From Spirochaetia bacterium (lineage in GTDB: Bacteria; Spirochaetota; Spirochaetia; SZUA-6; Bin103): a DNA stretch of 64,000 bases. The stretch covers positions 3,584,001-3,648,000 of the forward strand of contig CBDBDQ010000005.1 of NCBI GenBank assembly GCA_965203905.1, written 5' to 3'. This document shows, piece after piece, positions 10,370-20,695 of the stretch. Under the pieces are notes generated by a model that was given only the letters and a program-made list of their open reading frames with translations, was not told the DNA's origin and did no database searches. Made by a program: the position numbers and the translations under genes. The number at the start of each line of letters is the position of its first letter. Position 1 is the stretch's first letter.

Positions 10370-11770
10370 ATGCCGAACGTGACCGAAGCAGCCTCCGAAG
10401 AGCTCTTGTCCACCGTCACCGTGCTCACTGATCAGGTGCTGCTGGAGCGGACCAAAATGCTCGCCCGCCACGAGCAGGCGCTCCAGCTCTGCGTCCTCGA
10501 CCACCTGCGCGAGATCGAGGCGCGGCGCCTGTACCTGCGCCTCGGCTACTCCAGCCTGTTCGACTACGCCGTGCGCGAGTTGCGCTATACCGAGGCAGCC
10601 GCGTGGCGCCGTATCAAGGCCATGCGCCTGTGCCGCGAGACCCGCGGCGTCCGCGAGTGGCTGCAGGACGGCTCACTCAACCTCAGCAACGCCGCCCTGT
10701 TGCAGAACTGTTTCGAGCGCTGGGACCGCAATGGAGGCGGACCGACCGCTGCCGGATCGCCGGGAGCCGAAGCCAACGTCGCGCCGCGTGCCGGCTCAGC
10801 TCCATCCGCGCCGGCGGGCGAGGCGGAGGGTTCGCCATCGCCGGTGCTGGATGCACACGCCCGGCAGCGGCTGGTGGAGCAGGCGGTGGGCAAGAGCACA
10901 CGCCAGGTGCAACAGATGTTGGCAGACGTGGATCCCGAGGCAGTGGCGCCCGCCGAGCGGCTGCGTGCGCTGGGGGACGGGCGCTGGGAGCTGAAGACAG
11001 TGATCGACGCCGAGTGCCAGCGTGGACTGCAGCAGTTGCGGGAGCTGTTGTCCCACGTCGATCCGCACCTGACGGTCGGGCAACTCGTGGGGCGGCTGGT
11101 GCGGGAGGGACTGGACCGCTACGACCCGAGCCGCCCCCCGCGCCGGAAGCGGAAGTCCGATTCTGCGGGTGTCGAGGGTTCGTCGGGGACAGCGGCGCCG
11201 GAGACGGCAGAGCGCGTCGTGGCTGTGGCGGCGAACCCGCGTCGATCCGGGAGGTCCGCGAAGCAGACGGCACACGGCACGGCGGCTGACTTGCCGGGAG
11301 ACTCGGGCTCCAGGGCAGCTTCGCCCAAGAGAGGACTCGGGCGGGCGCTGGGCAGCCGTACTTCGGCGCCGAAGCGCGTTGCGCGGTGTGCGGATCGCGG
11401 CAGCAACGCCGGCGCCGCGGCGGCGACAGAGCCGACTTCGGCGCCGAAGCCGCGCATGACAGCCGGAAGATGCGCTGGGTCAGCGAAGCGTACTTCGACG
11501 CGGAAGCCGCGTGTCGCGTCCGGGAGATCGATTCCGGCTGCGGTCAAACGAGAGGTTTGGCGACGCGATCAGGGCTGCTGCACCTACGTCGACCGGCACA
11601 CCGGGCGGCGCTGCGGCTCACGGTTCTTCCTGGAGCTGGATCACATCGTTCCCGTCGCGGTGGGCGGCGGTGCGGAGCCGGGGAACTTGGCATTGCGCTG
11701 TGCGGCTCACCACCGTTATCGGCACAGTCGTCCGGGACAGCGCTCCGCAGCGCGAGACTCGGTGACGTGA
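10370..11770 (+). CDS. HNH endonuclease domain protein with helical N-terminus
   Basis: C-terminal RSIPAAVKREVWRRDQGCC...C...LELDHIVP...GG...NL...C..HH; N-terminal LYLRLGYSSLFDY motif; low-complexity linker. Confidence 0.9.
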   Translation: MPNVTEAASEELLSTVTVLTDQVLLERTKMLARHEQALQLCVLDHLREIEARRLYLRLGYSSLFDYAVRELRYTEAAAWRRIKAMRLCRETRGVREWLQDGSLNLSNAALLQNCFERWDRNGGGPTAAGSPGAEANVAPRAGSAPSAPAGEAEGSPSPVLDAHARQRLVEQAVGKSTRQVQQMLADVDPEAVAPAERLRALGDGRWELKTVIDAECQRGLQQLRELLSHVDPHLTVGQLVGRLVREGLDRYDPSRPPRRKRKSDSAGVEGSSGTAAPETAERVVAVAANPRRSGRSAKQTAHGTAADLPGDSGSRAASPKRGLGRALGSRTSAPKRVARCADRGSNAGAAAATEPTSAPKPRMTAGRCAGSAKRTSTRKPRVASGRSIPAAVKREVWRRDQGCCTYVDRHTGRRCGSRFFLELDHIVPVAVGGGAEPGNLALRCAAHHRYRHSRPGQRSAARDSVT

Positions 11771-11971
11771 GCGCCGCGGCGGCAAGCTCCGCGGGGTGAT
11801 CAGATCGCCGGTCTGCGGCGGCGGCGTACGGGTGCGGAGCCGAGGACTACGCGCGACTTCGATGTCGTCGTCCGCGGCGAGCTGGTTCCGGATCTGGCCT
11901 TCACCCGTCGTGTGGGGCGTCGGTAGCGCTGGCCGGGCCTCATCCGCGGCCGCCCGTTCGTGTGGCTTCTT

Positions 11972-12125
11972 CGCGCGGCACCGCGCGGCACCGCGCGGCA
12001 CCGCGCGGGCGGTCGGCGCGGGTGGTCGGCGCGGGCACCGAGGCGGGCGCCCGGCGCGGGCACCGGGGCGGGCACGGGCGCGGGCGGTCGGGGCGGGCAC
12101 CGGGGCGGGCGGCCGGCGCGCCGCC
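11972..12125. repeat. Extreme-GC low-complexity tract (CCGCGCGGCA x3, then GCGGGCACC/GCGGGCGG variants)
   Basis: Short tandem repeats visible directly between the HNH and ThDP genes. Confidence 0.75.
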
Positions 12126-12170
12126 GCAGGTTTACAGTGCAAGGCGCTTGGGGTACCGTCGCGCTCGATT

Positions 12171-13862
12171 ATGGCAACTATGACTGGCGCTCGTTACGTC
12201 GCCGAGATGGCCCACGGCTATGGCATCACCCACGTGTTCTTCATGCCGTTCATCGGCCCGCGTGCGCTGATGGAGATGGAGAAGCTGGGCATGCTTCGCG
12301 TTCAGACCCACGGCGAGAAGGCCGCCGCGTACATGGCGGACGCCTACGCCCGCGTCAAACGCGGCCCCAGCCTGTGCATGGCGCAGTCGGTGGGCGCGGT
12401 GAACCTCGCGGCCGGGCTGCAGGACGCGTTCCTGGCCTGCTCGCCGGTGATCGCGCTGACGGGGCGCGAGCTGGCGATCAGCCAGCAGCGCCACGCCTAC
12501 CAGGAGGTGGACCACGTCAGGCCGTTCACCACGGTAGCCAAGTACAGTGCCCTCGTCCGCAGCCCGGACCTGCTGCCGATCTACCTGCGCCAGGCGTTCC
12601 GCGCCGCCACCACCGGCACCCCGGGGCCGGCGCACCTCGACCTGGACGGGCTTGCCGGCCAGGCGGTGTTCGACAAGGAGGCCGACCTGGAGGTGATCGT
12701 CGAGGAGCCGTTCACCCGGGTGCCGGCGTTCCGCCCCGAGGCGGACGCCGACCAGGTCGCGCAGGCCCTCAGCCGCCTCGCCCGCGCACAGCGGCCGGTG
12801 ATCGTGGCCGGCGGCGGCGTCACCGCCTCGGATGCCCGCGCCGAGCTGATCGCGTTTGCCGAGAAGCTGTCGCTTCCGGTGGCCACCGCGCTGAACGCCA
12901 AGGCGATGTTCCCGGCCGATCACCCGCTGGCGGTGGGCATGCCGGGGAACTACTCCCGCGAGTGCGCCAACCGCATCCTGTGCGAAGCGGACCTGGTGTT
13001 CTTCATCGGCAGCCACGCCGGCGGCCAGGTCACCCACGGCTACCGGATTCCCCCGCAGGGCACGCCGGTGATGCAGCTCGACATCAACGGCGAGGAGCTG
13101 GGCCGCAACTACGCCCTCGACGTCGGCCTGCAGGGCGACGTGCGCAATACGCTGCGCCGCATGCTCGCTGCTGCCGATGCCGGCGGTGGTGCCGCCCCCG
13201 ACCGGTCCGCGTGGGTTGCCCGCGTGCAGGAGCTGGTCGCGGCGTGGAAGGAAGACGTACGCGGCGTGTGGGAGTCTGATATCGAGCCGATGCGGCCGGA
13301 GCGGCTGTGCGGCGAGCTGTCTGACTACCTGCCCGACGACGTGATCCTGGTGTCCGACACCGGCCATTCCGGGGTGTGGACCGGCACCATGCTCGACCTG
13401 ACTCATCCCGGCCAGAGTTTCATCCGCTGCGCGGGCTCACTCGGCTGGGGATTGCCGGCGGCGATGGGCGCCAAGTGCGCCGCCCCCGACCGCCCGGTGC
13501 TGTGCTTCACCGGCGACGGCGGCATCTGGTATCACATCGCCGAGCTGGAGACCGCCCTCAAGTACAACCTGAACACGGTGACCGTGGTCAACAACAACCA
13601 CTCCCTGAACCAGGAGAAGGGCGGCAACGAGGTGGTCTACGGCGGCCAGACACCAGGCTCGGACGAGTTGTGGATCTTCCCGGATGCCGACTTCGCCGCC
13701 ATCGCCCGCTCGATGGGCTGTTTCGGGATCACCGTGAACCGCATCGGCGAATTGCGCGACGCCCTCGACCAGGCGTTCGCCTCCGGGCAACCGGCGGTGG
13801 TGGACGTCAAGACCCACCTGGACGGCATCGCCCCCGGGGCCTGGCTCCCCGGCGGGGGTTAG
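12171..13862 (+). CDS. Thiamine-diphosphate-dependent enzyme (acetolactate synthase large-subunit-like)
   Basis: HGEKAAAYMADAYAR, AYQEVD, GSLGWGLPAAMG and the TGDGG...NN ThDP motif. Confidence 0.9.
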   Translation: MATMTGARYVAEMAHGYGITHVFFMPFIGPRALMEMEKLGMLRVQTHGEKAAAYMADAYARVKRGPSLCMAQSVGAVNLAAGLQDAFLACSPVIALTGRELAISQQRHAYQEVDHVRPFTTVAKYSALVRSPDLLPIYLRQAFRAATTGTPGPAHLDLDGLAGQAVFDKEADLEVIVEEPFTRVPAFRPEADADQVAQALSRLARAQRPVIVAGGGVTASDARAELIAFAEKLSLPVATALNAKAMFPADHPLAVGMPGNYSRECANRILCEADLVFFIGSHAGGQVTHGYRIPPQGTPVMQLDINGEELGRNYALDVGLQGDVRNTLRRMLAAADAGGGAAPDRSAWVARVQELVAAWKEDVRGVWESDIEPMRPERLCGELSDYLPDDVILVSDTGHSGVWTGTMLDLTHPGQSFIRCAGSLGWGLPAAMGAKCAAPDRPVLCFTGDGGIWYHIAELETALKYNLNTVTVVNNNHSLNQEKGGNEVVYGGQTPGSDELWIFPDADFAAIARSMGCFGITVNRIGELRDALDQAFASGQPAVVDVKTHLDGIAPGAWLPGGG

Positions 13863-13871
13863 ACCGGCCCT

Positions 13872-14546
13872 TCAGCGGGGTTCTCTGGGATCCTCCGCGG
13901 GCGGCGGATCAGCCGGAGATGGTGGGTCGGTGGCAGACGGTGGATCGGTCCCGGACGGTGGATCGGTCTCGGACGGAGGATCGGGGGGTGGCAGGGGCCC
14001 GTGCGGGCCCTGAAGCCGGGGCCGGTCCGCGGGCTCGGACGGGTCCGCCTGCTGCGCGGATTCTTCCTCCTGCTGCGGTCCCTGGTCGTCGAACGCGATG
14101 TCGCAGAACTTCGCCAGCTTGACGGCGGAGTCCCTGACCTCCCGCAACGAGGCCCCCTTCACCATGTCCAGCCCGTAGGAATTGCCGTCAAGGTCCACCA
14201 CCGACAGGATTGCGGCGGCGCGGCTGACGGCACGCACCATCCGCGGCCGCTCGTGGTGGGCGGGACCGACCTCGCGCAGCACCACCCGCTGCAGCCGGTC
14301 GAGGGGCAGCTTCTTGCGCGTGTGGAGGAACAGCAGGCCGACGTTCTTCTCGAACAGGTTGGTGTCCTTGTCGAACACCCAGCGCTCCAGGTACAGCGCC
14401 CCGAACACGCTGAGCGCGAGGAAGATGATCACCACCACGTTGGGCTGGCGCATGCTGACGATCAGGAACACCGCAATGGCGGCAAACACCACCCGGAAGC
14501 CGATCGAGGTGGAGTAGACCAGGCGCCGCTCCGACACCTGCCGCAT
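13872..14546 (-). CDS. Hypothetical membrane protein with C-terminal DPPS repeats
   Basis: Two hydrophobic helices, a soluble domain, then 18-bp tandem repeats encoding DPPSET/DPPSGT/DPPSAT. Confidence 0.65.
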   Translation of the reverse strand: MRQVSERRLVYSTSIGFRVVFAAIAVFLIVSMRQPNVVVIIFLALSVFGALYLERWVFDKDTNLFEKNVGLLFLHTRKKLPLDRLQRVVLREVGPAHHERPRMVRAVSRAAAILSVVDLDGNSYGLDMVKGASLREVRDSAVKLAKFCDIAFDDQGPQQEEESAQQADPSEPADRPRLQGPHGPLPPPDPPSETDPPSGTDPPSATDPPSPADPPPAEDPREPR

Positions 14547-14563
14547 AACTGGATTGAACAACC

Positions 14564-15670
14564 TCAACTCCTCGCGGCGGATCGCGTCGCACCGGCGCTC
14601 CCGCCGAGCTGCAGCCAGCTCAGCGTGTCGGGCACCAGTTGCCGCCATTGCGCCGTGATCGCAGCGCTTTCCTCGGCGCCGAGCTTCCCCGCGCGCACGT
14701 CGTCGTAGGAGTAGGGAACGCCGTGCTGCACGCGATGGGTCAGCGCCCGGTCCCACAGCGTGCTCCACAGGTAGGGGTTGCGCAGCTCGCTCTCCGGGGC
14801 GCTGCGGCTGCGCGCCACGAAGCCGGGCAGGAACGGCCGCCCGCTGGTTTCCCCGACCGGCAGGTAGCGGAAGTTGAACGCCCACCGGTAGTCGTCGGCA
14901 CTGGTGTTGTGGGTGGCGCTGTGCAGCAGCTTGTTGTCCAGGAACAGGACATCGCCGGGACTCATGGGAACGGTGATGGCGTCGTCGTCGAAGCCCTCGG
15001 GAAACGGCTCCTTGTACACCCCCGAGGTGTGGCTGCCGGGTATCACCATCAGGCAGCCGTTTTCCGCGTTGGTCTCGGTGAGCGGTATCCAGGCGTTGAC
15101 GATGTGGCTGTCATGCGAGTCGCGCAACCCCGATATGGCATCCATGTGCCAGTCGGTCTTGCCGATCTGGAAGTGGTAGAACTTCTCCAGCGCCGGGTTG
15201 TCCTGTCCGGCAGCCTTGGCGACCGCCTCCACCTCCTGCAGGTGGCGCTGCGCCAGCTTCACGTTGACGTGGTAGATGGGCGAGGCGAGGATCTCCGGGC
15301 CGATCAGCGACTCCAGCACGTCGAGCAGCCGCGGGTGGCGCATGGCGGCGAACAGCTCCGGCGTCTGCGCGGTCGGCAGGTCGCGGCGCCACTGGAAATT
15401 CTCCAGATAGATGTTGAGCACCGGATCGAGGTGATGCATCGCCGCGCCGCCGCTGGCTCCCAGCATGATCGCGAAGCGACGTGCCAGGGGCAGCCGGGCG
15501 TAGCCGTCGACGGGCGTGGGATGGTTCTCGGTCAGATAGACGTACGCGAGAGCGTCGATCAACCTGCTGTAGGACTCCCTGAGATATCGGATGTCGCGCT
15601 GCGGGTCGAGCAGCCCGCGGAGCAGCAGGTAGCCGTCGGTTGCGTAGCTGGATGCGTGATTGTCGGACAT
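14564..15670 (-). CDS. Phytanoyl-CoA dioxygenase (PhyH) family
   Basis: WHMD, VNAWIPL...ENGCLMVIPGSH, GDVLFL...LLHSA..N...R. Confidence 0.9.
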   Translation of the reverse strand: MSDNHASSYATDGYLLLRGLLDPQRDIRYLRESYSRLIDALAYVYLTENHPTPVDGYARLPLARRFAIMLGASGGAAMHHLDPVLNIYLENFQWRRDLPTAQTPELFAAMRHPRLLDVLESLIGPEILASPIYHVNVKLAQRHLQEVEAVAKAAGQDNPALEKFYHFQIGKTDWHMDAISGLRDSHDSHIVNAWIPLTETNAENGCLMVIPGSHTSGVYKEPFPEGFDDDAITVPMSPGDVLFLDNKLLHSATHNTSADDYRWAFNFRYLPVGETSGRPFLPGFVARSRSAPESELRNPYLWSTLWDRALTHRVQHGVPYSYDDVRAGKLGAEESAAITAQWRQLVPDTLSWLQLGGSAGATRSAARS

Positions 15671-15779
15671 CGGACCCCCTGAGCGCATACGATGCTGTGA
15701 CGGCGCCTGCTGGTCAACCGTCCACGCCGCTGCCGCCGTGTGGACGCCGGACCGTGTGGTGACTACCCTGGGCTCACTC

Positions 15780-17534
15780 ATGCACGACTTGGCAATCCGC
15801 AACGGCCGCATCATCGACGGCAGCGGCAGCCCGGAGTTCGCGGGCGACATCGGCATCGACGGCGATACCATCACCGCGGTTGGCGGCGACGTAGGGACGG
15901 CGCGGCGCGACATCGAGGCCGGCGGCAAGCTGGTGGTACCGGGCTGGATCGACATCCACACCCACTTCGACGCCCAGGTGTCGTGGGATCCTTACCTCAC
16001 GCCCTCGTGCTGGAACGGGGTGACCACGGTGGTGATGGGCAACTGCGGGGTCGGCTTCGCCCCGGTGCGGCCCAAGGATCGCGACTGGCTGATGGACCTG
16101 ATGGACGCGGTGGAGGACATTCCCGCCGTCGCCATGTCCGCGGGCATGACCTGGAGCTGGGAGACGTTTCCCGAGTACCTGGACGCGATCGACGGCCAGC
16201 CGCGCATCATGGACGCGCTTACCCAGGTGCCGCACTGCGCCCTGCGCACCTACGTCATGGGGGAGCGCGGCGCCGAGGACATCCAGCCGACCGCCGACGA
16301 GCTGGCCACGATGCAGCGGCTGGTGCGGGAAGCGGTGCAGGCCGGCGCCTTCGGCACCTCGTCCAACCGCCTGCTGGCCCATCGTACGCGCGAGGGGGAA
16401 CTGATCCCCGGCACCCTGGCGCGCTACCCGGAGCTGGAGGCGATCGCCAACGGCATGAGCGAGGCGGGCGGCGGCGTGTTCCAGTTCGTGGGCCGCTTCG
16501 AGCGCGAATGGCTGTTCTCGATCGCCAGGACCAAGGGGATCACCGTGACCCAGCTCGCGAGTGAGGGCCTGGAGGAGCGCCTCGACGGGCTGCAGGAGCG
16601 GGTCACAGCGGAGGGGCTGCGCATCTTCCCGCAGGTGCGCGGCCGCGGCACGATGATCCTGCTCAATCTGGAGGGGTCGCTGCATCCGTGGGTGCTGAAC
16701 CTCGCCTATCGTGAGCTGGTCGGGGACCTGCCGCTGCCGGAGAAGCTGCGCCGCATGCGCGATCCCGCGGTGCGCGCCCGCATCCTGGCCAGCGAGTGGG
16801 ACCTCAGCAGGGACGCCCGGCGCAACCGCGCGGACGATGCCGATCACCCGTTCCTGGCCGATGCCACCCCCGGCAGCCTGCTGCCCGGCCTGCTGGAACT
16901 GATGCTCAGCGAGCCGGAGGCGGTGTTCATTTTGGGCGACCCGCCCGACTACGAGCCGGAGGAGTCCGCCAGCGTCGCCGCCTACGCGCGCCGCCGCGGC
17001 ATCGGCAACGCGGAGGCCTTCTACGATCTGCTGACCGAGGGCGACGGCGACACCCTGCTGATCTACTACCTGGACGGCTACGCGCGGCGCAACTTCGACT
17101 ACATGGCCGACCTGATGCGCCATCCGCTGACGCGCAACGGGCTCAGCGACGCCGGCGCCCACGTCGGCGCCGTGAGCGACGCCCACATGCCGAGCTGGAA
17201 CCTGGCCTTCTGGGGCCGTGACCGCAGCCGTGGCGCCACCGTCCCGCTGGAGACGATCGTCTACAAGCAGACGCGAGGCAACGCCGAGGTGTACGGCCTG
17301 CACGACCGCGGCCTGCTGCGGCCCGGACTGCGCGCCGACCTGAACGTGATCGACTACGACCGGCTGGCGTCGCCGGCCCCGTACGTGGTGTACGACCTGC
17401 CGGAGAACGCGCGCCGCTTCATGCAGCGCCCGCAAGGCTACTGCGCCACCCTCTGCGCCGGTCAGGTGGTGCTGGAAGAGGACGAGGTGACCGGCGCGCT
17501 GCCCGGCCGGCTGGTGCGCCGCAGGCGGCAGTAG
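15780..17534 (+). CDS. N-acyl-D-amino-acid deacylase-like amidohydrolase
   Basis: PGWIDIHTHFD, GVTTVVMGNCGVG, SDAGAH, DRGLLRPGLRADL. Confidence 0.9.
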   Translation: MHDLAIRNGRIIDGSGSPEFAGDIGIDGDTITAVGGDVGTARRDIEAGGKLVVPGWIDIHTHFDAQVSWDPYLTPSCWNGVTTVVMGNCGVGFAPVRPKDRDWLMDLMDAVEDIPAVAMSAGMTWSWETFPEYLDAIDGQPRIMDALTQVPHCALRTYVMGERGAEDIQPTADELATMQRLVREAVQAGAFGTSSNRLLAHRTREGELIPGTLARYPELEAIANGMSEAGGGVFQFVGRFEREWLFSIARTKGITVTQLASEGLEERLDGLQERVTAEGLRIFPQVRGRGTMILLNLEGSLHPWVLNLAYRELVGDLPLPEKLRRMRDPAVRARILASEWDLSRDARRNRADDADHPFLADATPGSLLPGLLELMLSEPEAVFILGDPPDYEPEESASVAAYARRRGIGNAEAFYDLLTEGDGDTLLIYYLDGYARRNFDYMADLMRHPLTRNGLSDAGAHVGAVSDAHMPSWNLAFWGRDRSRGATVPLETIVYKQTRGNAEVYGLHDRGLLRPGLRADLNVIDYDRLASPAPYVVYDLPENARRFMQRPQGYCATLCAGQVVLEEDEVTGALPGRLVRRRRQ

Positions 17535-17540
17535 CAGCCC

Positions 17541-18782
17541 TTGGCGCAACACCGGCTGCATTCGAGCGGCGCCGCTCTCGGTGCGACGCCGGGTTTCGCC
17601 ACGGCAGGACGGCGCCGGATCGACGCGGCGGAGCGGCGCGCGCGTCTGGCGATGCGCCATCATCTGGCGTCGCCGGGCGCTGCGGTGGAGACGGTGGCGG
17701 CGAGCCTGGTGGGGCTCCACTCCAGCGATCCGGCGACGGTCTATCTGGCGGCCCGCGCGCGGGTAGCCGGGTTCCAGGTCGGACACCTGGAGAAGGCGCT
17801 CTATGAAGCACGCTCGCTGGTGCGGGTACTGGGCATGCGGCGCACCATGTTCGTGGTGCCGCCCGACCTGGCGGCGGTGGTCGACGCCGCCTGCACCCGC
17901 GCCCTGGCGCCGGCCGAACGGCGCCGGATGGAGCGGCTGCTGAGCGAGCAGGGCATCGCCGCAGACGCGGCCGGCTGGCTGGCGGACGTGGAGCGGCGTA
18001 CCCTGGACGCCCTCGTCGCGCGCGGCCAGGCCACCGCCGCCGAGCTGACCGGGGAGGTGCCGGAGCTGGCGTGCAAGCTCAGCTTCGGAGCCGGGCGCAA
18101 GTGGGCCGGCACGGTGGGCGTCTCCACCCGGGTCCTGTTCCTGCTGGCCACCGAGGGCCGCATCGTGCGCGCCCGGCCGCGGGGATCGTGGCTCTCCAGC
18201 CAGTACCGGTGGGCGCCCGCGGCGGCGTGGCTGGAGGGCGGTCTCGGCACCCTCGAGCCCGAGGCCGCCCGTGCCGAGCTGCTGCGCCGCTGGCTGGCGG
18301 CGTTCGGGCCCGGCACCATGACCGACCTCACCTGGTGGACCGGCTGGAGCGCCCGCCAGGTGCGGGCAGCGTTGGCCGTGGTGGAAGCGGCGGAGGTGGA
18401 GCTGGACGAGGGTACCGGCTTCGTGGGCGCGGGTGACCTGGAGCCGGTGTCGGAGTGCGGCCCATGGGTGGCGTTGCTGCCGGCGCTGGACCCGACGGTG
18501 ATGGGGTGGAAGGAGCGCGCCTGGTACCTGGGCGACCACCAGGCGCAGTTGTTCGACCGCAATGGCAACGCCGGGCCGACCGTCTGGCTGGACGGCCGCA
18601 TCGTGGGAGGCTGGGCCCAGCGTCCCGACGCCAGCGTGGCGGTGGAGCTGTTGGAGGGCCTGCCGCCGGAGGCGCGGGAGCGGGTCTCCGCCGAGGCGGA
18701 GCGAGCGCAGGCGTGGCTCGGCGGAACCGTGGTCACCCCGCGCTTCCGCACGCCGCTGGAGCGGCGGCTGGCGGCCTCGTAG
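17541..18782 (+). CDS. AlkZ/YcaQ-like winged-helix (HTH_42) DNA glycosylase
   Basis: GLHSSDP catalytic-position motif, MRRTMF, LLRRWLAAFGP, LLPALDP, GRIVGGW. Start uncertain. Confidence 0.85.
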   Translation: MAQHRLHSSGAALGATPGFATAGRRRIDAAERRARLAMRHHLASPGAAVETVAASLVGLHSSDPATVYLAARARVAGFQVGHLEKALYEARSLVRVLGMRRTMFVVPPDLAAVVDAACTRALAPAERRRMERLLSEQGIAADAAGWLADVERRTLDALVARGQATAAELTGEVPELACKLSFGAGRKWAGTVGVSTRVLFLLATEGRIVRARPRGSWLSSQYRWAPAAAWLEGGLGTLEPEAARAELLRRWLAAFGPGTMTDLTWWTGWSARQVRAALAVVEAAEVELDEGTGFVGAGDLEPVSECGPWVALLPALDPTVMGWKERAWYLGDHQAQLFDRNGNAGPTVWLDGRIVGGWAQRPDASVAVELLEGLPPEARERVSAEAERAQAWLGGTVVTPRFRTPLERRLAAS

Positions 18783-18786
18783 GCCA

Positions 18787-18824
18787 AAGAAAAGCGGCGC
18801 TCGGGTCAGCCCCTTGCGCCGCTT
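18787..18824 (-). terminator. Intrinsic terminator of yceI between convergent genes
   Basis: AAGCGGCGC...GCGCCGCTT stem followed on the minus strand by a T-rich tail. Confidence 0.7.
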
Positions 18825-18851
18825 CGCGATGAGTCGCCGGGGAGCGGCGCG

Positions 18852-19439
18852 CTACATGCTCTCCATGATGAACTCGCCGTTCACCTCGATCTCGACCTCG
18901 TCGGCTACGACCAGCCCACCGGTGTCGAGCGTCCTGCTCCAGGACACGCCGTAGTCATGGCGGTCGATGGTGAGACTGCCGGCGAAGCCGACGACCGTGT
19001 TGCCCATGGCCATCACGGGACCGACGATCTCGATCGGCATCTCGACCTGATGGGTGACACCACGGATGGTCAGGTTGCCGTGCAGCACGTGCTCGCCGCC
19101 CATCGTGCTCAGCTTCGAGCTCTCGAAGGTGATCGTGGGATGGTTGGCGACGTCCAGGAAGTCGGAGCTGCGCAGATGATTGTCGCGCTGATCGTTGTTG
19201 GTGTCGATGCTGGCCGCCTGGATGGTAGCCATCACCGTGAACGTCGACATGTCATCGGGATCGACCTCAAGGGTGGCGTCGAAGTCGGTGAACGTACCGG
19301 TGGTCTTGGCGATCACCATGTGCTTGACGCGGAAGCCTACGTTGGTGTGGGGGTGGTCCACCTTGAACTTGGCGGCGAACAGGGGCTGGACTGCCAGCAT
19401 GGCGGCCAGCGCGACGAGAATCAGGAACTTGCGGGGCAT
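18852..19439 (-). CDS. yceI: YceI family polyisoprenoid-binding protein
   Basis: Signal peptide; VGFRVKHM, SIDTNNDQRDNHLRSSDFLD, GNLTIRGVT; AGGAG RBS. Confidence 0.92.
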   Translation of the reverse strand: MPRKFLILVALAAMLAVQPLFAAKFKVDHPHTNVGFRVKHMVIAKTTGTFTDFDATLEVDPDDMSTFTVMATIQAASIDTNNDQRDNHLRSSDFLDVANHPTITFESSKLSTMGGEHVLHGNLTIRGVTHQVEMPIEIVGPVMAMGNTVVGFAGSLTIDRHDYGVSWSRTLDTGGLVVADEVEIEVNGEFIMESM

Positions 19440-19624
19440 AGGATGCTCCTTTGGTGAGGTTTTTGTACGAGCGCAGAGTAACCCAGGCGCCCGCTCCAAA
19501 TCAATGACGCGCCGCGGGAGCCGGTTCTTACCCCGTTTCGTACCGGCTTGCCGAGCAACGGCGAAGCGCGCACGGGTGACGCTGGTGCGCACCACTTTCA
19601 AGCCGCTGCGATCGGCTCCCGGCG

Positions 19625-20695
19625 CTACGCCTCAAGTGCCCTGGTACGCAGGGGTTGCAGGCCGAGGCCGGTGGCGAGCTCGTCGAGCTGCGACACCGTG
19701 CCCTCGTCCAGGGGCAACCCCTCGTGCCGCCGCACCGCGGCGGTGCGCAACTCCGGTTCACCGGGCAACAGGATCTCCTCGACGCCGGGTTTGCGGGCCG
19801 AGGACTTCAGCAGCGCGAAGTACTCCTGCTGCAACGCCTCCATGGCGGCACGGCCGCCCAGTGCCTCGGGGTCGGCGGCCCACAGGGTGAAGTTGTTGGA
19901 GAAACCGGCACGGCGGTCACGTGCGGCCCCGGCGTGGCCGCCGGCGAGCATCGCTCCGACCAGATCGACGATTACCGACATGCCGTAGCCCTTGTGGCCC
20001 ATGTCGGCGCCGAGCGGCAGCATGGAGCCGCCGTCGTAAAAGTCCTCGGGGCGGGTGGAAGGGTGCCCCTCGCGGTCCAGGATCTGGCCGGGAGGCAGTT
20101 CCTTGCCGGCGAAGCGCGCCACCCGCACCTTGCCCTCGGCGGTGACGCTGGTGGTGCAGTCGAGCACCACGGGGTCGCCGGCGGTAGGCACGGCCACCGC
20201 GATCGGGTTGGTGGACAGCATCGGCGTGGTGCCGCCCCAGGGCGCCACGATGCCGGCGCCGCGACCGCTGCAGAACACCTGGCCCACCAGCCCGGCGGCC
20301 GCCATCCGCAGGGCGTAGACGCCGGCGCGGCCGACGTGGTTGGCGTTGCGCACCCCCACCACCGCGGTGCCGCGGGCTTGCGCCTTGGCGATCGCCAGCT
20401 CGGTGGCCGCCAGCCCGGCGACCTGGCCGAACACCGCCGTGGCGTCGAGCACCGCCGTCGTGGCGGTGTCCCGAACCGTCTGCGGCGTGGCCTTGGGATC
20501 GATTCCGCCCTGCTCGATGGCGTCGGTGTACTGCAGCAGGCGATGCGCCCCGTGGGAATCATGACCGGCCAGGTTCGAGTCGATCAGGTGATCCGCTACC
20601 GCGGTGCAGTGACTCGGCGGCGCTCCGGCGGCGGCAAGCACTTCGCGGGCAAAGGCATGCAGGGTGTCGTAGGAAAAACGTGCTTCGTGTGCCAT
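19625..20695 (-). CDS. Ldh2 (malate/L-lactate/ureidoglycolate dehydrogenase) family oxidoreductase
   Basis: GHDSHG, NHVGR, STNPIA, GHKGYG, LPGEPE. Confidence 0.9.
   Translation of the reverse strand: MAHEARFSYDTLHAFAREVLAAAGAPPSHCTAVADHLIDSNLAGHDSHGAHRLLQYTDAIEQGGIDPKATPQTVRDTATTAVLDATAVFGQVAGLAATELAIAKAQARGTAVVGVRNANHVGRAGVYALRMAAAGLVGQVFCSGRGAGIVAPWGGTTPMLSTNPIAVAVPTAGDPVVLDCTTSVTAEGKVRVARFAGKELPPGQILDREGHPSTRPEDFYDGGSMLPLGADMGHKGYGMSVIVDLVGAMLAGGHAGAARDRRAGFSNNFTLWAADPEALGGRAAMEALQQEYFALLKSSARKPGVEEILLPGEPELRTAAVRRHEGLPLDEGTVSQLDELATGLGLQPLRTRALEA

Noticed and set aside
9915-10431. Short ORFs upstream of the HNH gene
   Set aside because: No recognisable motifs, and one overlaps the HNH promoter and start; treated as non-coding or remnant.
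15774-18539. Long antisense ORFs (e.g. 921 aa here, 27751-29670, 37522-39747, 20559-22778)
   Set aside because: Shadow ORFs of real genes on the opposite strand, expected at high GC; no recognisable motifs.
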